A stretch of DNA of 63,317 nucleotides, counting the filler, from Pigoraptor vietnamica (lineage: Eukaryota): assembly GCA_943704525.1 (NCBI GenBank). It is 9 parts of 9 records of this genome, joined end to end, with 100 filler letters (N's around TTAATTAATTAA, not from the genome) between each part and the next. Parts side by side here need not be neighbours in the genome. Positions count along the whole stretch, not along the records: positions 27,833 to 38,321 come from CALSCQ010003154.1; positions 38,422 to 43,909 come from CALSCQ010003155.1; positions 44,010 to 47,110 come from CALSCQ010003160.1; positions 47,211 to 52,384 come from CALSCQ010003161.1; 5 more parts are not named here. One strand, 5' to 3'. The translations under genes were made by a program, and so were the position numbers. Position 1 is the stretch's first letter, and the number at the start of each line of letters is the position of its first letter. Under the pieces are notes generated by a model. The model did not search any database and had not been told where the DNA came from. It saw nothing but the letters and a program-made list of their open reading frames with translations. This document shows, piece by piece, positions 37,213 through 47,745 of this stretch.

Positions 37213-38101
37213 ATACACACACGCACAACAGGCGCGTGCCAGGTCAGCACGGGCGTCGTCGCGCCCCCGTCGTCCTGCAAGGTCGTCGTGGGCGATGTCG
37301 TGTTCGGCACTTCCCTACCGTACGACGCTTCCTTCAAGCCTGTTGCCGTATGGGGCACACTGGCGTTCGTGAAAACGGCCGTGACTTCGCTCGTCCTCGA
37401 CATGCTCTCCGTGCGCGCGCTTCGTCTGGTCGACAACGGCGATCTCACCAGTCTCACGCTCGGCAACCTAGCCGAGATCCGAAGGGGCGGAATAATCTCG
37501 CCGCGCACAATGGACACGACGCAGCTCTTTGCCAAGCTGAGGGCGGTCGTCCCGGCGTCCAAGACGTTCTACATTGAGGGCGCCGCGGGTGTGTGCGTGT
37601 GGCTATGTCTGAGTGGCCCGTCTCTTATCAGTATGTTGGTCGTTGGCTCGACTACTTCCATGCACACACACACGCACGCACAAACATGCGTTACCGCGCG
37701 TGCGTGTGGCTGTGTCTGAGTGGCCCGTCTCTTATGTGGGGTCGATGTCTCGACTATTCTCATGCACACACACGCACGCACACAGAAATACGTTGCCGCG
37801 GGTGCGTGTGTGTGTCGCTGTGTCTGAATGGCTCGTCTCTAATTAGTATGTTGGGTCGCGGCTCGGTGACTTTGTGCGTGTTTTTGTTTGGATTTCTTTC
37901 TTTGCTGCCTTGTTCCTTGTTCTGTCACACATGCACGCACGTACGCAAACATACGTTCATGCTCACACACGCACGCACGCACGCACGCACACACTCCTGA
38001 CTCACTCACTCACGCACTGCAGCCGCAACCGACCTTGCTACGATGGCCCAACTGTCGAGCAGAATCGGCTACGTGGACGGCATCACGACTGACACCCCCG
38101 T
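35120..38101 (+). CDS. Secreted or cell-surface protein with a beta-rich N-terminal region and a receptor-L-domain-like segment (3' truncated)
   Basis: Signal peptide MAASGGRRRAVVVRIAVLVALALCGARTVRG. In-frame GT-AG exons at about 35120-35240, 35502-36463, 36744-36999, 37232-37588, 38023-38101. Exon 4 reads CKVVVGDVVF...VWGTLAFVKT...ALRLVDNGDLTSLTLGNLAEIRRGGI. Confidence 0.62.
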
Positions 38102-38271
38102 GTGAGTATCGCGTGATGGTGGCCCTGTGCGTGATGCATTAATACCCTTCCCCTCCCCCTTCGCATCTTGCGCACACTCGGCTCTTTCTTTGGACTCCAA
38201 CCTCACACTCACCGTACACAGACGTCGCTTTTCACCTGCCAGTGTTTTTATATTTTGATGTCGCTGTTTTT

Positions 38272-38315
<44 letters not shown>

Positions 38316-38471
38316 TTTTTTNNNNNNNNNNNNNNNNNNNNNNNNNNNNNNNNNNNNNNNNNNNNTTAATTAATTAANNNNNNNNNNNNNNNNNNNNNNN
38401 NNNNNNNNNNNNNNNNNNNNNCCCCAACGCCTGCACACACACAACGCATGCGTTCCAAAAGCAGTGCCCAC

Positions 38472-39241
38472 CGAGCACGACCTGCACCGACGGCGTGTCC
38501 ACGACGGAGTTCTTGCTCACGCGGATGATAACATCGGGGTTGTGATATTTGATGGGCGGTACCTTTGTCACGAGGAATAGCCTATAACACAGCAGGGACA
38601 TCAAGGGACAATAAGCACACATGCACTGGCACAGGGGATAGTGAGCACCGTAGCAAGAGAGTAAACAGATAAGCACATGCACTGGCACAGGGGACAGTGA
38701 GCACCGTAGCAAGAGAGTAAACAGATAAGCACACGCACTGGCACAGGGGACAGTGAGCACCGTAGTGGCACAGGGGACAGTGAGCACCGTAGCAAGAGAG
38801 TAAACAGATAAGCACATGCACTGGCACAGGGGACAGTGAGCACCGTAGCAAGAGAGTAAACAGATAAGCACATGCACTGGCACAGGGGATAGTGAGCACC
38901 GTAGTGGCACAGGGGATAGTGAGCACCGTAGTGGCACAGGGGATAGTGAGCACCGTAGGAAGGCGAGTAAGCAGACAAGCACACGCACTGGCACGGCAGG
39001 GGAAGTACGCACAAAGGTAGGATAAAACAACGCACACCGCAGCGGGGACAGCAAGCACACGTACTGTCAACAGGGGCAGTAACACACGTACATAGTAATG
39101 CACCCACCGCGTGCCAATGTGCTCTGGCGTTGTTTTGGAGAAGACGACCTGTATGGACTGCACCTTGCCGTGGAGGTTGATGGGGGTCCGTCGCAGGTAC
39201 TCGAGGGTGCGCGCGGTCACCTGCCGCCCGGCGCCGAACAT
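38472..39241 (-). CDS. MRPS25: Mitochondrial ribosomal protein mS25 (L51/S25/CI-B8 fold), first two exons, 3' truncated
   Basis: Exons 39241-39108 and 38581-38472 give MFGAGRQVTARTLEYLRR...KVQSIQVVF...GTR|LFLVTKVPPIKYHNPDV, matching the animal-type GR...RTL.YL and P.I.Y.NP.V motifs. Confidence 0.8.
38627..38994. repeat. Composite intronic minisatellite of a 27-bp unit A and a 29-bp unit B
   Basis: A=TGGCACAGGGGAYAGTGAGCACCGTAG (8 copies), B=CAAGAGAGTAAACAGATAAGCACAYGCAC (4 copies plus 1 diverged). Order ABABAABABAAAB', inside MRPS25 intron 1. Confidence 0.93.
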
Positions 39242-39833
39242 TTCCGTTCCACAGCCCACCGACGAACGAACAACAAAACACGCGAAACGCACCGCGGCAA
39301 GCAAGCGTTGCTTCAATTGTAAGCGCTGAGTCCACTTCGCACGCCCCGGATTACCGAGGCAAATGTGCGGATCGCCACCCCGGATGTTTACGCAAGACCA
39401 CGTGCGAGCACACGACAAATAAGAGCAGAGCTGAAAGTGCAACGTTTCGTGCGCAAGAGCGTTCGCTTGTGTGGCGGGTGAGTGCATTTGTGCGTTGCTG
39501 TCATGCCATGCGCCTGGACGTGATGCCATTTACTAATACATCTAAGGGATTGATTTTCCATGAAACCACCATTGACCTTTCCTGATCCACACTCTCTCGC
39601 AACGCACACGCGCCTTTTTCTGGTGGGCATCAACTGATATTCTCCCGTTGTGGCGCAGGTGTAATCTAAAATCGAAGCGCGGATTGTCGTCTTGTCCTTT
39701 CTGTTTGTCGGGTCGTGCAGAAATGCGTTTGAAGAGTGCAAATGAATGGAAACTAAGAGCAAACGACCAGCGTTTATGAGGTGCATCATGCAAGGCAATT
39801 GACAGAAAGGCGTTAACAGAAGTATTGTGCGTC

Positions 39834-41839
39834 TTAAGTCCACGGGTAGAAGTTTGAGAAGACAAGCGGACCCAGCGCAAAATACAGCGCGAGATAAAAC
39901 GCAACGAAGCGAGGCGCCTTTGAGCCTGCGCCACCCGCCGACAGCCGCGTGAATAGCCGTCCCACAAACCAGTAGACGACGGGAGATGCACTGGCGACGA
40001 AGCGCGTGAGCACCTGCGCCGACAGCGCGTAAGTTCCTGACAGGCAATATAAAAAAAAAAAGGGGGCGACAGCAAACCTGCACGTGCATGAAGAGCGTCC
40101 CGCCGATCACCAGAGCGAGCAGGTGCGCAACGTATGGCACGGCGTGCAAGTCCGCCCAGAAGTGGTCGTGGACCCATCCATCTGCGCGGCAGGACGTATG
40201 GCTCAGCATGCGCCCCGACGTAGCACAGACGAGCGGCACGTACCCATAGAGGGGTGGATAGAGCCTCGCTGGTAAGGTGGTCGCCGGTACTGGCGGTATT
40301 TGACGCAGAGCTCTGCACGCATTATGCAGAGAATAGGGTTACTTGAACTCGCATGGATTGGGCACACAGCCACAGTCGCAGTATGATACATACCAAAGAC
40401 ACATATCTACCATAACAGGCACAATCTACAAACCGAAGAGAGGAAAGTCGACATCCAACGCACCTTTCAGAGACCACGCTGCGCCAGCAACGCACAGTGT
40501 GACCATGGGTGCAGCGAGCAGGAAATTGGGCAATTGCTTCAGCTGAAAGTATCGCAGGAAGCCGTTGTGCCTGCGCAACAGGCGGCCTCAGCAACCGCCA
40601 ATAAAATGCATGGGACAGCAGGCACAGCGCGCATTTGCAACGTGTGGCAGTGCAGCACAAGGCACCAATGTGCAACACGCGAGTAACACACCAATAGTGG
40701 TCCTGCACAAACGCGTAAACCGACGGCACGGTCCAGCCGCACCACGGTCTGCACTCGGCCCCGGTGCCGTGCCCGGCGACGCAAAATCTCATAAACGCCA
40801 TTGCGTTGAACGCCACGAACGGCGCAAGCACAGCGACTGTCGAAAGCGCGCACGAAATGACGTACAGCACAGATTTTAGCGGGCCAGAGTTGGGCCGCGG
40901 TGGCGCGGAAACGGACGCGCGGCGGCCGGAGGAACGCCGTCGTCGGGCGGTGGGTGATGACGCAGCGACGACGTCGACTGACGAAACGACCCGCACACCG
41001 GGCCACAGGAGGCCGTGTTGCAGCACGTGACACAGGCCAATCCACGCGGGAAACAGGCACAGCAGGACGCCATTTGCGCGCGCGCACGTCGCACCGGCGA
41101 ACAACAGCGAGGCGGCCAGCAACCAGCGCAATTGCCGCAGCCGCACGTGACGCTCGAGGCAGAGAAGCCCGCTGAACGACAGCGCGGCAAATAGGCTCTC
41201 CGAGTACGCCGACGACATAAAAATGGACGCCGGGTTGGCGCAGAAGGCGAGCGACGACGCAGCAGCAAGTACGCGGCTGCCGGACACCTCCGCGGTGAGC
41301 GCATAAAGTGCGGCGGCCGCGCACACAAAGGCGACATTCGCCAGGAGGACGCCAGCCAACAGGGCCGCCGCATCGACGCCGAGAGGAGGCGCGCCGTCGT
41401 CAGTGGGCGCCCACAGCCGGAGGGGTGCGAACAGAACGACATCCACAGCGCGCGCGGCCAGCGGAAGGAGCGGAAAAAAGGCGTGAGAGAGCTCGTGCTC
41501 GTAGCCCCGCGCGGCCGCAATGCCAACGAAATGGACGGCATCCCACTTGTGTAAGCCACCGATACCCACATCGACAGCCGCGTCCAGGCCACCACGCGGG
41601 CCGTGCAGTCCCCGGTGCGTCAGTCTGCACAGTAAAATCGTAAGTATAATTAAATATGGACAGTGACCATGTGCTGAGGCCATTCAGACACATACGATGT
41701 GGACGTGTCGTAGTCTTGGATGGCGGCATTAAACCCGCACTGGAGTAGTAATGTGACGACCCTGCACCACATCCACGCGCGTCAGCTGTCAACACATACA
41801 CGCACGGACACACGCACGCACGCACACACACACACATGC

Positions 41840-41877
<38 letters not shown>

Positions 41878-41956
41878 CACAAATCAAGTCAACCCACCTT
41901 GAAATCACTGCCCACCGCACGACGCGGCGAACGCCGCCGTCCCACGACGACGGCAT
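39834..41956 (-). CDS. PIGV: GPI mannosyltransferase II (PIG-V/Gpi18), complete, 7 exons
   Basis: Spliced: MPSSWDGGVRRVVRWAVISR|VVTLLLQ...QDYDTS|...GLHKWDAVHFVGIA..GYEHE..HAFFPLLP...NPASIFMSSAYSESLFA...RANG...YAFVQDHYW|HNGFLRYFQLKQLPNFLLAAP...MHVQ|VLTRFVASASPVVYWF...FSNFYPWT*. Confidence 0.94.
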
Positions 41957-42279
41957 CCGCTGTTCGTACGAACAAGAGGCCTCTTGCGCTCAAGGCCAGT
42001 TGAACGGCTGCTGGCTGCCTTTTTTCCGATCGGAATTGGCGGAAGGGGGCACGATCGGAGAGCCAATCGGCGTCAACGGAAAGTTAGCCTCCGTCCCAAA
42101 AAGAAGGTCACACACACACACACAGCTGAAACGACCGTGGCACAGGCAGACCCACCACACCCAGTCACACAGTGCCCTTCGTTCTGCGTATATTTCTTGT
42201 GAGAGTGCGCTGGGTTGGCGAAGAGCAGGCTTGATATCGTTGACAATCTTGTGCGGCCTTCGACGGACGCCTTTCGAAA

Positions 42280-43764
42280 ATGTCGTTCCTCGAGTCCATT
42301 TTCGGGTCGAAAAAGACACCGCAACAGATCTTGCGGCAACATCAGCGCGCGCTGACAAGGGCGATGCGCGATCTTGACCGCGAGAAGTCGAAGCTGGAGC
42401 AGCAAGAAAAGAAGCTGCTTGTGGACATTAAGAAGATGGCGCAGGGTGGCCAAATGGTGTGTGGTCGTTGTCTGTGCCCTGGGCGCTTATTTGCGTATGT
42501 ACGGGTGTGTGTATGCCACTGACTTTTGCGACTGTAATGTTACTCAAGGTAGCCCTATTGTTGCTGTGTGCTGTGGCTCGTCGTGCTCGAGTGGCACGTG
42601 CAATTGCCCTTGGCCAACCTGCTGCTCTCCCTGCAGGACGCCGCCAAGATCATGGCCAAGGACCTCGTGCGCACGCGGCGGTATATCAAGAAGTTCATCA
42701 TGATGAAGGCGCAGATTCAGGCGGTGTCTTTGAAGATCCAGGTGCGTGTCCAACAGAGCTGACAATTGTTGGACCGAGTGGAATTGGTTGTAACGGCGTG
42801 TGGACGGTGCTCGCAGACTCTCCGGTCGACACAAGCGATGGCGGAGGCGATGAAGGGCGTCACGAAGGTGCGTCGGCATGGGAAGCAGTGCGAGGCTCTA
42901 CTGTGCAATGCGGCATGATGTATTGATGCCTAATGTTTTGGAGTTAGTGTCCGTTTCCAATTGGCTGCGTGCCTGTGCTTGCGTGCCTGTGCTTGCGAGC
43001 GTGTGCTTGTGCTTGTGCGTGTGCGTGTGCGTGTGCGTGTGTGTGTGTGTGTGTGCATGTGTGTGTGTGTGCGTGTGTGTGTGTGTGTGTGTTGTGTGTG
43101 TGCGTGTGTTTGTGTGTGTTTGTGTGTATGTGTGTGTGTGTGTGTGTTTGTGTGTTTGTGTGTGTGTTTGTGTATGTGTGTCGTGTGTGTGTGTGTGTGC
43201 GTGTGTGTGTTTGTGTGTGTCTTGTGTGTGTGTGTGTGTGTGTGTGCTTGTGTGAGTGTGTGTGTGCTTGTGTTTGTGTGTTGTTTGTGTGATTGTGTGT
43301 TGCAGTCGTCGTTTACCTCGCAATGATGTGTGTTGTCCCATTATTGACCGCTTCTCTTTGCGGCGGCGCTACATCATTCCCCTTCCGTGGTCGCCTGTTG
43401 TCGCGTGTTGTCGTTTTTTTTAGTATCTTGCGCTTCTCGAATGTCCGGGCCGTGGTGGACTCGTGGCCTTCCGTGCGTCGTCAGTTGCACAGGCAGACTG
43501 TGAGAGCCTCGTCGTCTCGGCAGCTCAACTTGACGGCCCCTGCCCGTTACGCAGGCGATGAAGTCGATGAACAAGCAGATGAACCTTCCCGAGATACAAA
43601 AGATCATGATGGAGTTTGAGCGCGAGAGTGAGATTATGGACATGAAGGAGGAGATGATGAACGACACGATCGACGACGTCATGGGGGACGCAGAGGACGA
43701 CGAGGAGAGCGAGCTCATCGTCAACAAGGTCCTCGACGAAATCGGCATCAGCCTCGGCCAAACG
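42280..43764 (+). CDS. CHMP2A: ESCRT-III subunit Vps2/CHMP2A (3' truncated)
   Basis: Spliced: MSFLESIFGSKKTPQQILRQHQRAL.RAMRDLDRE...IKKMA..GQM|DAAKIMAKDLVRTRRYIKKFIMMKAQIQAVSLKIQ|TLRSTQAMAEAMKGVTK|AMKSMNKQMNLPEIQKIMMEFERESEIMDMKEEMMNDTIDDVMG...VLDEIGI. Confidence 0.95.
42966..43300. repeat. Long degenerate (TG)n tract in a CHMP2A intron
   Basis: About 330 bp of TG/CG/TTTG repeats. Similar tracts fill many other introns and contig ends in the window. Confidence 0.9.
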
Positions 43765-43805
43765 GTGCGTCTGGTGTGGCAGCGTCGTAAGACCCCTCTG
43801 TTCAA

Positions 43806-43909
<104 letters not shown>

Positions 43910-44009
43910 NNNNNNNNNNNNNNNNNNNNNNNNNNNNNNNNNNNNNNNNNNNNTTAATTAATTAANNNNNNNNNNNNNNNNNNNNNNNNNNNNNNNNNNN
44001 NNNNNNNNN

Positions 44010-44120
<111 letters not shown>

Positions 44121-44881
44121 CACATCCATGGAACACACACACACACACACGTGCACACACTCACGTCGCTTCTTTATGCTCTCCGAAACTGTGAAGGAGT
44201 CTGTCGCCACGTGGGGTGCGATGCGGCTGCGAGTGTGCCGACAAAACAGCGTCAGGGTCTCTTCTCCCCGCAATTCGCTTCGAAGTGCTTCTCACTCTAC
44301 AAAACAGTACCTTGTGAGGAGGCGCGAACACAGCTCATATGCGCGATCGACGTGACCTGCAGTAGAGGCGCGTGAAAGCGATTGCGTGTGCGGAAATTGT
44401 CAGTCGCCATCCGTCTCAGACTCAGAACAGCACCGACTGCCATTCTCTTGAATCTCACCCCCTTGGCCCAGCAACCGCACGCAGAGGGCACGCAGGAGAT
44501 GCGCCGGTGTCGACTGCGTCTCGGTCGACGGCATGGTTCGTGAATTCCCGTGCACCTCGTTGGGCACACACACACACACACACACACACACAGGCGCTCT
44601 TCTAGTTCCGCACTCAGTCGTCGCCCATACTCGCTGCGACCGTGTCCAACAGCTCTAGTGCCAACTCTGAACAAAGTAAAGGCAGATGCGCAGACTAACG
44701 CACTTTTGCCGATGTTTCAATTACGGAAGCGCGCCAAAAAATGATCGGCGTCGGACGCAATATTTTCCGACCATGTTCCCGATCGTAAAACCGTTAGGTT
44801 GTGTGTGACTCGCACCCGACGACAATTGCACAGCTAACATGAAGTGCCACGTGCCGCACTTTCACCGCTCTCCACGTCGAC

Positions 44882-44925
<44 letters not shown>

Positions 44926-45252
44926 CTCTCTCTCTCGGGATCTTCAAGCCATTCTTTGCTGCGTTCGCGCTGTACTGATTAATCGATTGGCACCTGCTCG
45001 TTTATTGGGGAACGGTGAAGGCGCACGGCAACTTCGCCGCTCGATTACACGATACAAGCAATGTTCTTGCAAGTGTGTGTCGCCGCACACGTCCGTCGTC
45101 AGGGAGAGGCACAAGAGGAGCGGCGTCGCGCGGAGCGTGATCGGAAGGAGCGCGCGGCCGTCCTCAGGCGTCGCGCTCTCTCCCTCTCCGAGTCGCGCCG
45201 TGTGAGCGATCTCGCCAGACATCGGCGGACCTCACTCTCTGCCATCGAAGGG

Positions 45253-45990
45253 ATGGCCGACAAGGGCCGCGAGGCACACTCGCCGTACGACGGCGAACCG
45301 TGGGATCAAGCGCCCCCATCGAGCGACTGCCCGCCGCCCTACGACTCGCTCGATGCTCCCTCCGCGACTCCATGGACTGCCCGTGTCGCCGACGAAACGC
45401 CGGCGTTTGCGTCCCCTGCCGCGCCAATAATGCCGACGGCACCGCGTCAGAGTGCGGTGAGCGGACTCGCCGACTTTGCGTTCGGGGTTTACGGCCCGTC
45501 CCCGTCTGCGCCGCGCGAAAGCGTGGTTTCCCGCGAGATGGCGCGCCAGCCGCCGCGCGAGTCGACAGCCCTCTTTGATGCCAAGCCGTCGCTTTCTTTC
45601 GACGCCAACAACGACGCGAGCGCACGGGGACGCAACTGCGCCGCGTGCTTCGACAGCATCGAGTGCCGCGACGGCAAGTCCGGGATCGCCTGCGTGCAGG
45701 GGCGCAACGCGTTCCACTACGAGTGCTTTCAGCTGCGCATGGCGCCCAAGTGCTCGTACTGCGCGGACCCCCTCGCGCCGATGCCGTCGAAGGGGTACTC
45801 TGGCGTGTGGGGCACGTACCAGGGGAAGGCACTGCACAAAGAGTGCTACGAGAACTACGCGGGGCCGCGGTGCGCGACGTGCTTTGACGTGATTGCGCCG
45901 AGCAAGGAGCGCGGGTTCTCCGGGCAGTGGACGTCGGAGGGCGCGCGCCTGTACCACTACGAGTGCTATCTGCGACGACCGGCGAGCTGA
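45253..45990 (+). CDS. Protein with a Pro-rich N-terminus (PPPY) and three LIM-related C2HC zinc fingers, intronless
   Basis: CAAC-x22-HYEC, CSYC-x24-HKEC, CATC-x24-HYEC joined by 8-residue LIM-like linkers (FQLRMAPK, YENYAGPR). Start may be 45253 or the upstream in-frame ATG at 45061. Confidence 0.78.
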   Translation: MADKGREAHSPYDGEPWDQAPPSSDCPPPYDSLDAPSATPWTARVADETPAFASPAAPIMPTAPRQSAVSGLADFAFGVYGPSPSAPRESVVSREMARQPPRESTALFDAKPSLSFDANNDASARGRNCAACFDSIECRDGKSGIACVQGRNAFHYECFQLRMAPKCSYCADPLAPMPSKGYSGVWGTYQGKALHKECYENYAGPRCATCFDVIAPSKERGFSGQWTSEGARLYHYECYLRRPAS

Positions 45991-46352
45991 GGGCCGACGT
46001 TGCGAGCGACACTGAGCAACGCGTGTTTTCGGGAGCGTGGGACAGCGGCGATACTCTTGTCCTGTCACGACGAATGACGAGCAAGCTTGCAAGCAAGTGG
46101 AGGCGCCTGTCTATCGCCTGCGTCACACGTCAAAGCGAGAGTGAATGGTGCGGTGAGCGTACAGCAGGGTCGCGTGTTTTGTGGCGACGCGGTCGCGCAC
46201 ACATACGCGCACTACGCACACATACGCTGTGCAGTAATTCCGCGTACGACTAAACAACTTTCAATGAGAATGACGTTTGGTACGGCACACGCTTGCAAAT
46301 CGCGCCACGCGGCACAAGACTGCGTGTGCATGCGTGCGTGTGCACACAAACG

Positions 46353-46912
46353 CTACACATCGAACTCTCCCGGCCTGTCCTCGACGAACGACTCGTCGGG
46401 CTGCGTGACGCGCAGCTGACCGCGGATGTTGTTCTCGGCATGGTCCGACTCAAACCGCATCGTCGCCACATCGCTGTCAGCCTGAACCAACGTCAGAGAG
46501 GACGATGTCAAGCACCGCAATGCATGCAGGCACGCACATGTACACGCACATGCACGCAATACACACACAGACACAAGCACGACGCGCGCGCATGCACACA
46601 CAGATGCCAAGCACAAGCCACCCCACCAACACACCCAGCTCACAGCTCACAACATCACGAAAAATTCAACGCACCAGCGCGACATTGTCGTCAAACTCGT
46701 CGTCGAACACGTTATCGCGGCTGAGCGAGTCCGACGTCCGCAGTTCCGTCGTGTATATGCGGCCGCCACTCTGCTTGGGCTTCTTGCGCGCGCGGGGGAA
46801 GAGCGTCGACCACTTCGTGTATGTCGGGTCGCCCGGCCGCACCGGCGGTGGCGTGGGGTCGTTGTAGTCCGTGAGAAACGGCTTGAGAAACGTGCGCACC
46901 GAGTTAGGGATG
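46353..46912 (-). CDS. Last two exons of an unidentified protein (5' truncated)
   Basis: Exons 46912-46675 and 46481-46353 have GT-AG junctions and host-like codon usage: ...FLTDYNDPTPPPVRPGDPTYTKW...FDDEFDDNVAL|ADSDV...GEFDV*. Confidence 0.55.
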
Positions 46913-47001
46913 CTTTACGTACGAAGAGAGACCGGCATGCGGCACGACAAGAGGCGTTAATGTGTGCGTGCGTGTCGCTGCGTGCTTGCGTGCAGAAAAC
47001 T

Positions 47002-47102
<101 letters not shown>

Positions 47103-47217
47103 TTTTTTTTNNNNNNNNNNNNNNNNNNNNNNNNNNNNNNNNNNNNNNNNNNNNTTAATTAATTAANNNNNNNNNNNNNNNNNNNNNNNNNNNNNNNNNN
47201 NNNNNNNNNNCCGATCT

Positions 47218-47721
47218 GATCTGAATTCGTTGTTCGGGTCAATCCAGTTCACCTCAACGGCATTATGGCGGTCCTTCAGGGCGCTGAAGCTGTAGCGGAA
47301 CGGCGCGCCATCATCCGGCATCACCACATTACTGCGGTTATAGGTCCACGTCTTATCCGACGGTCGGTCCTGCACGAACGTCAGCGTCTGCCCGTTCCAT
47401 ACCGGCATACAGCGCATCGCCGAGCAGAAATCGCTGAGCACATCCCACGCCTTACGCTGTGTGGTCAGGTACGCATTACAGGTGATGCGCGGCTCCGTGC
47501 CGCCAAAGCCGTCCGGCACTGACTGGTCGCAGTACTGGCCGATGACATACAGCGCCCATTTATCCACATCCGCCGCACCAAGACGTTTCCCCATGCCGTA
47601 GCGCGGATGGGTCAGCATATCCCACAGACACCAGGCCATGTTGTTGCTGTATGCCGGTTTAAACGTTCCGTCCCAGATACCGCTGTATTGCCGCGTCTGC
47701 GGGTTATAGTTCGACGAGATC
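47218..47721 (-). other. J: Phage lambda gene J (tail tip/host specificity) fragment with engineered ends; likely DNA-ladder contaminant
   Basis: Translation SNYNPQTRQYSGIWDGTFKPAYSNNMAWCLWDMLTHPRYGMG...HNAVEVNWIDPNN is recognisably lambda gpJ. It is bounded by GATCT-GAATTC (47218-47228) and AGATC (47717-47721), with the GATC sites exactly 500 bp apart, and preceded by CCGATCT (Illumina adapter end). Confidence 0.92.
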
Positions 47722-47745
47722 ACTTGTCCCTCCGGCCGCGTGCAG

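Noticed and set aside
38627..38994. CRISPR array
   Set aside because: The putative spacers are identical, some repeats are directly adjacent, no cas genes are present, and it lies in a spliceosomal intron.
47163..47723. Prophage or phage-to-eukaryote gene transfer
   Set aside because: Engineered EcoRI/BglII-type ends, exact 500-bp unit, adapter sequence, contig edge, and no other phage genes.
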